NCBI RefSeq assembly: GCF_018350175.1
Contig: NC_058368.1
Location: 47,494,001 to 47,558,000 of the forward strand
Direction of reading: 5' to 3'
DNA length: 64,000 nt
Origin: Felis catus
Taxonomy: Eukaryota
Each line of letters opens with the position of its first letter. The first letter of the stretch is position 1. Both the position numbers and the translations under genes were made by a program. Below, piece after piece: positions 12,900 to 24,811 of this stretch. Under the pieces are notes generated by a model. The model saw only the letters and a program-made list of their open reading frames with translations. It was not told the DNA's origin and did not search any database.

Positions 12900-13610
12900 T
12901 GAAAAAAAAAAAATGACTAGATGGTATTCACCCAAGAATTTTAAAGGACTTCAAGGATGTACTTGAAATGGCAGCAAATGTATAATCTTGTTATTCAAAT
13001 GGAGCAGTTAGAGTAGATTTAATTGCTTGAGAGATGGTAAATTGTCTACCCATCCTTAGAAACTAAGGACCTTGATAACTACAAACTGGATAAACGACAC
13101 TTCTGTTCCTCCTGAGCTTGCAGAATGCATGAAGACTAGGATACTGAATAATTATTTAAGTGTAAACTTATAGGAGGAGGTCAACAAAAAATTGTTAAAT
13201 GAATATAAAGGAACAAACCAAATATAGTATTTTACTTGGGTGATACCTGTACATGATGGAATATATAGACTTCCAAAAAGCCATTCACAAACTTCTAAAT
13301 TTTAGTTTTAAAAATTTTGACAGACTTCTGAAGAATTGTTATCATGAGTACTTGGGGAATTGCTTTCTCTTCAGTGTTTGAAAAATGAGAGCCAGAGAGT
13401 AGAAATAAAAGAAACTTTATGAAAAATCAAAATAGAAGTACTGTCCAGAGATAACTGTTAAGTCCAATCTTATTAAATATTTAACATTTTAAAGCATTAT
13501 ACTAGAAAGGAAGCCCGGAGGAGAATCTCAAATTTGGAGACAGTAAAGTTTTTCTTAGTAGAATAAAAAAACTAGTAAGGCAAATTGGAGGAAGATCTCA
13601 GGAGATAAGA
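12900..13610 (+). mobile_element. Ancient CR1/L3 LINE ORF2 (reverse transcriptase) fossil, 5-prime part
   Basis: Collinear decayed peptides LDGIHPRILKDFKDVL (12917-12964), YIDFQKAIHKL (from 13262), QRVEI, LLSPILLNI, FGDSKV, LEEDLRR, matching the CR1 RT motif order. Confidence 0.8.
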
Positions 13611-13719
13611 GGACTGATTATAACTTGTGTGGTTTCTTTTTTATAACCTCTCAGTTTATAATCCCCAAATTAGCATGTTCAAAATTGGTCACCAGCTCTA
13701 GAGAGTATAATATATTTCC

Positions 13720-14930
13720 ATTTTATTAAAATATTTTCAAGAATAGATAACTTCAAAGAATCTTACAGGGAATGCCAGTGTATCTATCACCTAATTTCTG
13801 CCATTAACATTTTATTATACCTGTCCTACTCACATATATATCCATCCATTCACCAGTCATATTGAGTCTTATGAGAAATTGTCAAGCCTTTTTTTCCATG
13901 TATCAATATTTTATTCCTTTTAATTGCTGAGTAATATTCCATTATATGGATGTGTTCATTAACCAGTTGATGGGCATTTGAGTTATTTCCACCTTGGAGC
14001 CATTATAAATAAAGCTGCTTCAAACATTTGAATATGGGCTTTTGTGTGGGCATGTTTTTGTTTTTCAGGGGTAAATGTTAAAAGTGGAATTTTTCACTTC
14101 TAGATTTCCATTTGGTTGTTTATTCATTGTGAGCGTATTTTTCTTTATGCCATTGAGAATAGTTAAATCACTGCTCTAAAGCCTTGTTGCTAATTCCAAA
14201 ATCTGGGTCACCTCAGAGTTGATCTCTGTTCATTGTCTTTTAAAAATGGGTTACGTTTTTCTGTTTCTTCAGAAGTCAAGTAATTGTAAATTGTTTATTT
14301 AAAACATAGGGTAAACTTCGATCATAACATGTGACTGTTGTGGAGACTACATTTTATGTTCGTCTAGATAGTGCCTTTGTTTTTGCTGTAGCAGAAATTA
14401 ACCTGGTTGTACTCAAGCTGCATACTGTGTCTCTTGGGCAGCATCTCGAATTTCAGTTCAACTTTTTTGGGCGTTAGTATGGCTTCGTGGGTCTCTCCTA
14501 CACATACGTTGTTCAGAGGTCAACCAGAGATTTGGCTGAGATTGTCCATAGAACTCAAGGTTCCCTTTCTCTGGTGGTCTGGAATCTGTCCTTACATTAG
14601 AGCATCTGAGTTGCCCTAAACTCTGTCTTCTGGTTCTTCAAGCTAGAAAGATGAAGGATTTTCTGCTGCAACTTGGCACCGAGTAGGCCTCCCCTCAAAC
14701 TAAAACCCTTTTTTAAAAAGTCAGACAAGACCAGGAGACTCATCTAGGAAAATTTGCTTCTTCCTTGTTGCAGATGGACTCCGCTTTAGAATTTGCCTAA
14801 TTTGGGTCACTTTTCTGTACCCTTAGGTAGTTGTTCTATATTTTGTCCAGAATTTATGCTTGTTCTACATTAAAATTGTTTAAGTGGGAACTTACAGAGC
14901 CATTAGCAAATGTGGAACTGCTTACAATTT
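13720..14930 (-). mobile_element. Old L1M fragments interrupting the CR1/L3
   Basis: attgctgagtaatattccattatatggatg and gatgggcatttgagttatttcca (3-prime region), followed by other T-rich L1M-like sequence. Confidence 0.65.
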
Positions 14931-14949
14931 TGTTTTAAGCGTAGGTGAA

Positions 14950-15670
14950 GAAAGAGAAAATCTAATCTATGCAGGTAGAATATTTGACTTTGAGATCACC
15001 CTACTCTTTTTAAAAAGGGCCTTAGCTCCATGGGAGACAGTTTTTCTCAACATGTTTGGCTTTGTACTGACATGGATGGTGACGTGTCCGGCGCTATTAA
15101 GAAAAATATTAGAAGCTAAAGAAAACATATTACTAGACCTTGAACCAAGTGTGCAGTTTTGAAAACTGTAACTTTGGTTGTTTGCACTTCTTACCTACTG
15201 ATAATTATTGAATTCCTGATAAAGCAATAGAGTTTGGAGTTTAGAAACTAAAATCTGGTAATCAGGGAGCTGAGTTCATTCTCTGGAGATATATAAAAAC
15301 TAGGATGTGTTGAATGAACACCAACAGCTAGGAAAAAATGCAGTTGAAGTTTCTAAAATCACAATACAGATGAGGATTGAGTTGCAAGAGGATAGGAGTA
15401 CCTGGGTGACTCAGTGGGTTAAACATTGGACTTGATCTCAGTTCAGGTCTTGATCTCAGGGTCGTGAATTCAAGCTCCGTGTTGGACTCCGTGCTAGGCG
15501 TGAAGCTTACTTAAAAAAAAAAAAAAAAAATTTGTAAGAGGCTAAACTCAAGACAAATCCAGGAAGGTGCGTATTATGTCATAGAATAAGTAGTAAGTTA
15601 ATAGAAACTTTGAAGAGGAGAGAACAGCCAACAAATATAGATGCTTCAAAAATGACAATAATGACAGTTT
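14950..15670 (+). mobile_element. Ancient CR1/L3 ORF2 fossil, 3-prime part
   Basis: DLEPSVQF* (cf. HLEYCVQFW), LGKNAVEVSKI (cf. LRGDMIEVYKI), LKTN..YY..VVS (cf. FRTNKRKYYF..VVNLWN), in the expected order. Confidence 0.6.
15395..15530 (+). mobile_element. Short CanSINE
   Basis: cctgggtgactcagtgggttaa head with poly-A tail; degenerate TSD ttg(c/t)aagagg. Confidence 0.85.
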
Positions 15671-15928
15671 CATTGTTGTTTAGTAAGAGAAACTAATATA
15701 TTTGTTAGTTGTGTCTCTGAGTTTGAGACTGACAACTAGGAGAACAAATCTTGTACTTTAGTAAATAAGACTTTCCTAGATTTAGTAGTTTCCAAAATGG
15801 TCTTAATTTTTTTCACCACATGGTGGCAGCATATATTCATCTATTTCTTTAACCTGTTTTGGTCTGCTCAGAAAATCTTGTCATTTTTGACCTAAAGGCC
15901 AAAGTGTTACCTTGTAACCTTATTTTCA

Positions 15929-16103
15929 TTTTTTTTTTTACATTTATTTATTTATTTATTTATTTATTTTGGGAGAGTGAGGGGGAGGGGCAGAGAAAGA
16001 GAGGGGGAGAGAATCCCACACTCCCTGCACTCACGAACCCTGAGATCATGACCTAAGCCGAAATCAAGTTAGATACTTAACCAACTGAGCCAGCCAGGAG
16101 TCC
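15929..16103 (-). mobile_element. CanSINE, internally deleted
   Basis: (TTTA)n tail, gagatcatgacct, TSD accttattttcattt. Confidence 0.88.
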
Positions 16104-16415
16104 ACCTTATTTTCATTTCTATTCCTTACTTCATATCCACTGCCTAAAACCAGTCAAATACGATTTTTTCCTAATAATTCAGATTTATAACTGGAAGACG
16201 AAAGTATAAAAACAAACTTTCCTGGCATAACACATATTCTTCAGACCAAAGGTGTGTCGATTATTACACTGATTTCATAATTATACCTAATAAAAATATT
16301 TAGAGATGTTAAAGCCCTGTAAGTACACCATTAACTCTGCTTTTGTTTATATAATCTGGTTCATAGCCAATATGACATGAAAACTATCTTAGAAATTTAA
16401 CAGAAAGTAATTTTG

Positions 16416-16524
16416 GGGGGCACCAGTGTGGCTCAGTGGTTTCAGCTCAGGTCATCATCTCATGGTTCATGGGTTCGAGCCCCACATTGGGCTCTGTGCT
16501 GACGGTGCAGAGCCTGCTTGGGTG

Positions 16525-16563
<39 letters not shown>

Positions 16564-16584
16564 ATAAATTTTTTTTTAAAAAAA
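16416..16584 (+). mobile_element. CanSINE
   Basis: gtggctcagt, gggttcgagccccac, (CT)n and A-tail. Confidence 0.88.
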
Positions 16585-17981
16585 GGATTTTTGATTTTTA
16601 AAAATGAAGTCACCCTTCCTGACGTGCAAATATTAATGAATTTCTGGGATCTTCTTTCATAATTTTTTTTTTCCAGATCTGTAATAAAATTTGGAAATAA
16701 TATCTAGACACTAACACTGGAAAATAGGGCTCATCTTCTACTTCAAATTTATTTATTTTTTTGAGGGGCTGCACCCTCTACTTCAAGTTTAGAGTTTGTA
16801 AGTGTCAGTAATGTCTAAAATTAACGTATTTTGAGCTGTATTGTGTGTATAAGCTTGTGTACGGTACTTAGTATTTTCATAAGTGCTGTACTTTTATTTT
16901 CTACTTACGAAATCTGTAACAGGTCGAATTTTGTTCCAATGCATGTAGCTAAACCACGTGCAGCTGTTTTGCTGCTGTAGAGTTATTTCAGTATGTAAGT
17001 TTTGTTTCAGAAGAAAGAAATGTTAACAGTACTATGTAAGGAATTAATGAGTTTGCCCTGAATGAAGCTATAGCGTTTCATGAGGAAATGGTGAAAAATT
17101 TTTTTCTTATGAGAACTTTGGTAACTAGGAAGCAAGAAGAGTGTTTTGTTTAAGATAACTTCCTCGTTTAGAAACATAGTGACGTTTGTTGAGAAAAATT
17201 CTGCAAGATTACCTCGAGGCTCATTTTAGGTACATCTTAGGTATTCGTATGTGAGTAATCCAGTTGACTTTAACTGTATGAAAATGAGGTATGATACATA
17301 TTTGTTATTTAGGTTTTTATATTTCAGGGATATTCAATTTTCTGAAATTTCTTTTTTATCCGACTTAACTGATGAGATTTAAATTACTTTTTAAGGTACA
17401 TGTTTAAGATGATATCTGTCATTTATAATTATCCTAGAGTATCTAACAAACTTATCAGTAAACAATAATAGTTTTGCCCCTATGTTAAAGTAAACAAGCA
17501 CTTCTCAAAATTTTGATTTATCGTTACATTTGTAGGCTCTTTTGGTCAGAGGTAGAACTAAGAATCTCAATTTTAATGAACGGCCTGGGATTCTAATGTG
17601 GCAGCTTCGTGCATTTGAAACACACTCTTGAACCCGGTGGCCAAGATGGTATATCACCATATTATGACAGGAAAAAAACTCATGAGGGACCTTACCAAAT
17701 GCTCAACTTATATCAAGATACACTGTGACCACTTCATTCTTTTCATCTACATCTCAGCCCAGATTCCACAAACATATTTGGGTGTCTAAGAGTTCTTTTT
17801 GGTCATTTTTAATTTTATGAGATAACTTTATGATCTAAAAAATTAATTAATAACTGCATATTCTAGATCATCTGAACAAATAATTTATACTAAGAGTGTA
17901 ATCACTATGATGTTCGTGCCCATGTTTGCATTTAATTTTGTCATGGCACCACAAAGATAATTTTAAAAATGGCCATCAGCT

Positions 17982-18184
17982 GGGTCACCTGGGTGGTTCA
18001 GTGGGTTAAGTGTCCGACTTAGGCTCAGGTCGGATCTCATGGTTCTTGAGACCCGCGTCAAGCTCTGTGCTGACAGCTCAGAGCCTGGAACCTACTTCAG
18101 ATTCTGTGTCCTTTCTCTCTCTGCTCCTCCCCCACTTGTACCCTGTCTCTCTCTCTCTTTCAAAAGTAAGTAAACATTAAAAAT
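17982..18184 (+). mobile_element. CanSINE
   Basis: Typical structure; TSD aaat(g/a)gccatca(g/a)ct. Confidence 0.9.
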
Positions 18185-18615
18185 ATCTTTCTAAATAGCC
18201 ATCAACTTAAAATGTAAAATACACACTTCAGCCAAATAAAGGCCAGATGCTGTCATGGATTACTGTATGAATACAGGTTTCACAGTTCACATAGAGAAAA
18301 ACAGTCACGATATTGAGTCATCATACTTGATGCCTGGTATAGCTATGCAAAACTCAAAACTAAATAAACTTCTACATGTTCTAACATTTTAAAGTTACAT
18401 TATGTAGTCAACAAACTACTGAATAGAACAAGCGTTGCTGTTTAGGCTTACTTGAAAAAGGAGGAAATAAAGGGATTCTAGGAGCTGACAACCTAAATGA
18501 GACCTCATTTCATTTTTCCTTTCATCCAATTCCAGTGATCTGCCTCTTAGCAATCTGCCACTTGGGCTAGCGGGCGGCTGGATCTGACTGAAGTTTTGGA
18601 CTTTAGGAAAACTGG

Positions 18616-19070
18616 TGTTCCAATTGTATATTTCTGCATAACAAACTACACTAAAACTTGGTGACTTAAAACTATTTATTTGTTACATCTCTGAAGATTG
18701 ATAGGTTCAGCTGGCTATTGCTTGCCTGTCTGAGGCTAGAATCATTTGAAGTCTAATTCAGTGACATATTTGGGGTCAGAGCACTCTCTTTGCACCTAGC
18801 CTCTCCATATGACTAGTTTAGGCATCCTTCAACATGGTTATCTCAGCACAAGGCAACTAGAGTCCTCCAGAGTGAGCATTCAAGGATTCAAGAAACTCAG
18901 GCCAACACTTAAAGGCTTCCTAGGACCTAACTATGAAGTCTCAGAACATCACTTACAGCATATTCTTAGTCAAGCAAACCATTAAGAGGAATAGACTACA
19001 TTTCTCAGGCGGGTCATAGCTTGCCACATATAAGGGAAGAAGTTGATAGAGGCCATCTTGGAGATAAGCA
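18616..19070 (-). mobile_element. MaLR LTR (MLT1H-like)
   Basis: ctgcataacaaactacactaaaacttggtgacttaaaac start; cagaacatcactt and ggccatcttggaga motifs. Confidence 0.75.
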
Positions 19071-20778
19071 GGTTTGGGGTGTTTCTCCCCTGGCCTGGTG
19101 ACAGCCTGGAGACAGTGTGAGAGAGCCTTAAGCAAGATCAGGAAAATTGTTGGCAGATGTCAGTCTGTAAAAATCTATGAATTCCTCCCTACCGCCACCC
19201 CAAATAAGATGAATACAATCTCCCTTGCCTCCAGAAAGCTGAAGAATAGACTAAAGTATTCTATTGAAATAGAGACTTTTATGTTGGCCTTTAAAACTAA
19301 ACACAGTTTTATTTATCTTGAGAAAATGCTTAATTTATATTGATAAAGATTGAAAAATAAAGGGATGGGCTAACAATTATGAAAAAAGACAACAGGAATG
19401 TAATATTAATATCAGATAAGGTATAATTTAAGATAAAAACTACAAAACATTAACAAAAAATAATAAAAGATGATTTTTATAGTCATCAACTTCTGCATAT
19501 CGAATGACAGTAATTATAAAGAAAAAATTTTTAGAAAAACAAGAACTTAATGAAGTAATAATGCTGGGAAAGTTTATAATCTACTTTCTTCAGAAGTAGA
19601 TTGATTTAATAGATTAAAAAAAGTAAGGACTAGAAGAATTAATTCAGTCAATAATTTTGATTTAGTTGCTATATACAAAGCTCAATGTTCTCTAATCAGA
19701 ATTTTTTTTTGTCACTAGGAAGTTTACAAAACTATCAGGTATAAATTTGACCACATTTTAAGTACAGATTTTATAGTTCCTGTTAAAAATCATAATTTAG
19801 TAAAACTAGAGATAATTAAAAGGTGGGGGAAATAAACTTACTGAGAAGTTCAGCATATCTTCTAGATCAAAGAGAAAGTAAAACAAAACAATGAAAATGA
19901 GAACATTTTACATCAAAATCCTTGAGACATTTAAAGCTGTGCCAGAGGAAAATCTAGAGCTTTAAAATGCCTTTACTGTTAAAGAGAAAGATGAAAAATA
20001 AAGACATGCAGTAGTCATTTTAAGAAAGAAAGAAGAACAAGGAGTACAGAATGATTGTATGTTAAGAAAATATAGCTCTGTGGTAATAAGCTTGAAAACT
20101 GAAAGAAAAGTGAAATGTCCCAACAAGATATAGATGACTAAAATCAACAGAAGTGGAGAACTTGAATAATCACTATAGAGGCATTAGAAAGTGAGTAAAG
20201 ATGTATTACTGACGAAATTACTAGGTTCACAGATGGATTACCCGGATAGGTTCACAGCTAATTTCCACAAGGAGAGCTGATTCCAATTAATTAAACTACA
20301 CCAAACTATTGAAAAAGATGGAAAGCTCTGAGAAAGATGGTGCAAAAACAAAACAGAACAAATCTATAGGCCAGTTTTACTTATTACTACACATGCAAAA
20401 GTTCTAAATAAAATGAATTCTAGCATTGTATTGAGAGAATAATACTTTATGATTAAAGTATATTCTAGGATAGAAGGGATAATCTATTACATTAGCAAGT
20501 TGAAGGAGAAAAACCAATCATATGATTGTATAAGTAGATGATAAAAGATGATAAATTAAAATCTAGCAACTATTCCTATTAAAGACACTTAAATATTTAC
20601 AAACAAAATGTTAACCAAAAAATATTTATCCTAAATGGCAAAACAATAAAACCTTCTTCTGTTAACATCAGTAACCAAACACAGATTGGGTTGCTCATTA
20701 TTAACTAACATGGTCTTAGAGGGCCTTAGCAGATGCACTAAGAAGAAAAACCTATCCATATATAAATTTGAAAGGAGA

Positions 20779-20998
20779 GGGGCGCCTGGGTGGCGCAGTC
20801 GGTTAAGCGTCCGACTTCAGCCAGGTCACGATCTTGCGGTCCGTGAGTTCGAGCCCCACGTCGGGCTCTGGGCTGATGGCTCAGAGCCTGGAGCCTGTTT
20901 CCGATGCTGTGTCTCCCTCTCTCTCTGCCCCTCCCCCGTTCATGCTCTGTCTCTCTCTGTCCCAAAAATAAATAAACGTTGAAAAAAAATTTTTTTAA
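20779..20998 (+). mobile_element. Young felid CanSINE (gtggcgcagtcggttaagcgtccgacttcagccagg subfamily)
   Basis: CpGs retained; perfect 17-bp TSD ataaatttgaaaggaga at 20762-20778 and 20999-21015. Confidence 0.96.
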
Positions 20999-21344
20999 AT
21001 AAATTTGAAAGGAGATTTTAAAATTTTTTCTGTGTTATGTTTGAAAAACAGCTGAAATTAATGCAGAAATTTGATATTGTGACTGAATACAAGATTAATA
21101 TATAATCAGTCTTTCTCTAGGCTTAGAGAAATAACTGCTCAATAACTGCTATAGAGGGGCACAGGAGAAAAATATTTCATTTTGTAAGGAAGGTAATGGA
21201 CTTCTATGAAGAAAACTGTAAAATCTTAGTGTTGAATTTGGAAGCACCATATTTTAGGAGGGAGACTAAGATCATAAAATTATTACTTTTTCTTATTAAT
21301 ATATTAATCAGATGCAGTTAGTTTATATCCCAATACTTTTATTG

Positions 21345-21539
21345 TTTTTTGTTTTTTATTTTGTTTAATTTTTATAAAGTTTGAGAGAGAAAGAGACTGC
21401 AAGTAGGTGGGGGGCAGAGAGAGAGAGGGAGAGAATTCCAAACAGGCTCTGCGTGGGCTCGATCCCATGAACTGTGAGATCATGACCTGAGCCAAAACCA
21501 AGAGTCAGAAGCTTAACTGACTGAGCCACCCAGGTGCCT
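21345..21539 (-). mobile_element. CanSINE
   Basis: T-rich tail, (GA)n, ends gagccacccaggtgcc. Confidence 0.9.
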
Positions 21540-22299
21540 CTGTTTTTTATTTTTTTGGTAGAGAGGAGAAGCGTTGTACAAGGATTGGGATTGGATAAAT
21601 TAGTCTATACGAAAAAATAAGTGTCTCAGAATTGGCAAGAAAAATGTGAGAAAAAAAAAAAAGATGAGAGGTGGGGAAAGTTGAGGTACTAGTCCAACCA
21701 AGATCCCACTATATACTTCAAAATTAATATATAAACTAAATGTGATACTGGCATAGAAACAAACAAACGTTAGTGGAACTGAATACAGAAGTAGATCTAA
21801 TTATATTCCACAGCAGTGGTAGTTTAATTCAGTTGAAGAAGAATGGTTATTTAGTGTAAGGGTCCTAGCATAACTGGATATTCATCTGTTTAAGGGGAAA
21901 AAAAAGGTGTCCTCACATTTTATACCATTCACCAATATTAATTCCCATTGAATTAAAATTTTTAGAGGAAAATCTAGGCCATTACTTGAACAATAACACA
22001 GATTCTTCGGGTCCACATGCCTTCAGGTGGTATGGAAAAATTATTTTCACTTCTAACTAAAAGTTAGTTCTTAATTCAGTAACAGATATAAGCAAAAACC
22101 ACAGTAGGACTGCTGCTACCTATGACACTCTGTCAACATTAGAAATCACATATTTTCATCACAATATTAGTTATTGCAGAAATCTTTATATAGAGTTGTG
22201 CTCATCACTACTTCAATATTACTGTAGTTACTAGGCCCCTCGCCGAGTTTACCTTTAATGCATTCATAAAGAAGGACATAACTTTTTTTAGATGAGCAA

Positions 22300-22356
22300 T
22301 TTTTATTTTTATTTTATGTATTTATTTTTAGAGTGAGAGAGCAAATGGGAGAGAGG

Positions 22357-22410
<54 letters not shown>

Positions 22411-22532
22411 CTTAAGCAGGCTCCACACTCAGCACAGAGCCCAGTGCCAGGCTTGATCCACAACCATGAGCTCATGACCTGAGCTGAAATCAAGAGTCGG
22501 GTGCTCAACCAACTAAGCCACCCAGGCGCCCC
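22300..22532 (-). mobile_element. CanSINE with long (GA)n
   Basis: Ends ccacccaggcgcccc; (GA)n at about 22359-22407. Confidence 0.92.
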
Positions 22533-22654
22533 AGGACATATTACATAACTCTTAAAAATACTTTGATAGTTTTATTTCAGTATGATTTGTTTCCTTCATA
22601 ATTCTGTAAATTTTAATTTTTGCTTTTAGAAACAGTCTCAGAAAGGGTTCATGG

Positions 22655-22896
22655 GGGGCGCCTAGGTGGCTCAGTCGGTTGAGCATCTGGCTTCGGCTCA
22701 GGTCATGATCTCCCGGTCTGTGAGTTTGAGCCCCACATTGGGCTCTGTGCTGACAGCTTGGAGCCTGGAGCCTGTTTCAGATTCTGTGTCTCCCTCTCTT
22801 TCTGCCCTTCGCCCACTCGTGCTCGCTCGCGCTCTCTCTCTCTCTCTCTCTCTCTCTTTGTCAAAAATAAATAAACATTAAAAAAATTTTTAAAAA
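22655..22896 (+). mobile_element. CanSINE
   Basis: Typical structure; TSD aagggttca. Confidence 0.93.
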
Positions 22897-22983
22897 AGAA
22901 AGGGTTCACAGGCATCACTAGAATGCCAGTGGAGTCCATGGCACAAGAAAGTATTAAGAATCCCTAATTTAAGTGAATATTAA

Positions 22984-23346
22984 CAGTGCTTCTTAAACTC
23001 TAATGTAAATAAAAATCACCTGGGGATCTTGTTAAAATGAAAATGATATAATAGTTCTGGGATAAGGCCTAAGACTGTTCACAGTTAGCATGTTCACAGA
23101 TGTTACTAGTGCTCATTGTCCAATGCCAGTTAGTGGACTGAATTTTGTATGAGTAGCTAAGTTCTGGAAGTTACTTGTCTAGTGTAGTAGTCAGAGCCAC
23201 AAGTGGCTATTTCAATTTAAGTTAATTAAAATTCATTTCCTCAGACTTACTAGTTACAAGTGGTTAGTGAGTACCATAGTGGATGGTACAGACACAGAAC
23301 ATTTTTTTCATTGAAGAAGAGTTCTGTTGGACAGTGCTGTCCTAGA
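22984..23346. mobile_element. Adjacent MER5-like and MER3-like hAT MITEs
   Basis: cagtgcttcttaaact...aatcacctggggatcttgttaaaatg (MER5); gccacaagtggctatt...gttctgttggacagtgctgtcctaga (MER3). Confidence 0.7.
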
Positions 23347-23403
23347 GGTTGGGGTAATCTCAGCCAAGACAAGGAAACAAAAAAGCTTTAAAAGAATAAG
23401 ACA

Positions 23404-23433
<30 letters not shown>
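23404..23433. repeat. (AAT)10 microsatellite
   Basis: Read directly. Confidence 0.95.
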
Positions 23434-23436
<3 letters not shown>

Positions 23437-24136
23437 GCATAGGCAAAGTTTAATGTTTAAAGTATGCATTTGGGGAAAAATTGGAATGAAGATGATGAAA
23501 AGTTAATACTAGCACTATTTGAAGCTCTTATAAATTAATAGGAAAAAGACAAGCCCAAAGGAACATAGGCAAAGACTATGAGTAGGCATTTCACAAAATG
23601 CAAATTCAAATAGCCAGATGCTCGAACTAGGTGGCATTGGGGGAAACAAAATTAAAGTATCAGTGAGAACTCAGGTGGGCAAAAATGTAAAAGACCTAAT
23701 AAATATATGTACCTTTTTCTAAAGGAAAAAGATAAACATGTTGCTGGTGGAAAAGTGAACTGCTACATGCATTCTTTGGAAAGAAATCTAGCAATATCAA
23801 TTAAAATGGAACGTGAGCATCCTTCAACATAGTAACCTCACTACTGAGACTGGGTCCCACAGGGTGAAGTACTAGTGCAAAAGGATATTTGTATAAGGAG
23901 ATTTATTGCAGCACTGTTTCTGGCAACAAGCACTGAAAGGGGAAAGGAGGGACTGGAAACAAAATAAATGCCCATGAATACAATAGCAAGGAAATGATTA
24001 CAAAAACCATGGTACAGGCTATACCATAGAATATTGTGCAGGAATTTGTAGAATGAACTGGAGAATATCAGTTAATTTAGGATTTTCACAAGGTAAATTG
24101 CTAAATGACTAAACCTGGATACAAAATATTCAACAC

Positions 24137-24191
24137 TTTTTTTTTTAAGCTTTATTTATTGATTTGGTAGAGAGAGAGCAAGTGGTGGAGG

Positions 24192-24230
<39 letters not shown>

Positions 24231-24398
24231 CCCCAAGCAGTCTCTGTGCTGTCAATGCAGAGCCGGATGGGGGCAGAGCCCGATGGGGGTGTGGATCAGG
24301 ACTTGATCTCCCCAACCATCTGTGAGATTATGACCAGAGGCAAAAATCAAGAGTCTGGTTGGACAGATACTTAACTGACTGAGCCATCCAGGTGCCCC
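24137..24398 (-). mobile_element. CanSINE with a small internal duplication
   Basis: (GA)n; gcagagcc(g/c)gatggggg occurs twice; ends ccaggtgcccc. Confidence 0.9.
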
Positions 24399-24578
24399 AC
24401 TTTTTTTTTTTTCTTTTGATCAGGAAACTAATAACCAGCAATGCCTCCTTCCTCTGAGCATCTACACGAGTGAGTATATGAACTCATGGAGAAGTATATG
24501 AAGGAAAATAGAGAAAAACACAAGTTACATGGGATGTAGGGCAAAGAGGAAAGAAAGAGATAAAAAATTATAAAAATA

Positions 24579-24807
24579 GGGCACCTGGATAGCTCGGTCA
24601 ATTAAGTGTCTGACTCTTGATTCCGCTTCGGTCGTGATCTCACAGTCGTGGGATTGAGCTGCTCATCGGGCTCCAAGCTAATCGCAAAGCCTGCTTGGGA
24701 TTCTCTCACTCCTGCTCTCTGCCTTTCCACTATTCATGCACACACTCACATCCTCTCTCTCCCTCCCTGGCTCTCCCAAAACTAAAATAAACATTAAAAA
24801 AATAAAA
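24579..24807 (+). mobile_element. CanSINE (older subfamily)
   Basis: gggcacctggatagctc head, gcctgcttgggattctctc, A-tail. Confidence 0.88.
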
Positions 24808-24811
24808 CTAT

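Larger units (their letters stand above)
21995..22966. mobile_element. hAT-Charlie MITE (MER119-like) with two nested SINEs
   Basis: End gggttcacaggcatcactagaatgccagtggagtccatggcacaagaaagtattaagaatccc resembles a Charlie-family terminus; left boundary uncertain. Confidence 0.55.
19340..24560 (+). mobile_element. Highly decayed old L1M (ORF2 to 3-prime region), sense strand, with nested SINEs and DNA transposons
   Basis: A-rich L1 landmarks in order: atattaatatcagataa (EN), ctataggccag and tgcaaaagttctaaataaaat (RT), gtgatactggcatag, gatttattgcagcactgttt. Confidence 0.7.

Noticed and set aside
16923..16994. Putative 72-nt poison exon (acAG...AT|GTAAGT, in-frame TAA)
   Set aside because: Such pseudo-exons are expected by chance in a 26-kb intron, and there is no independent support.
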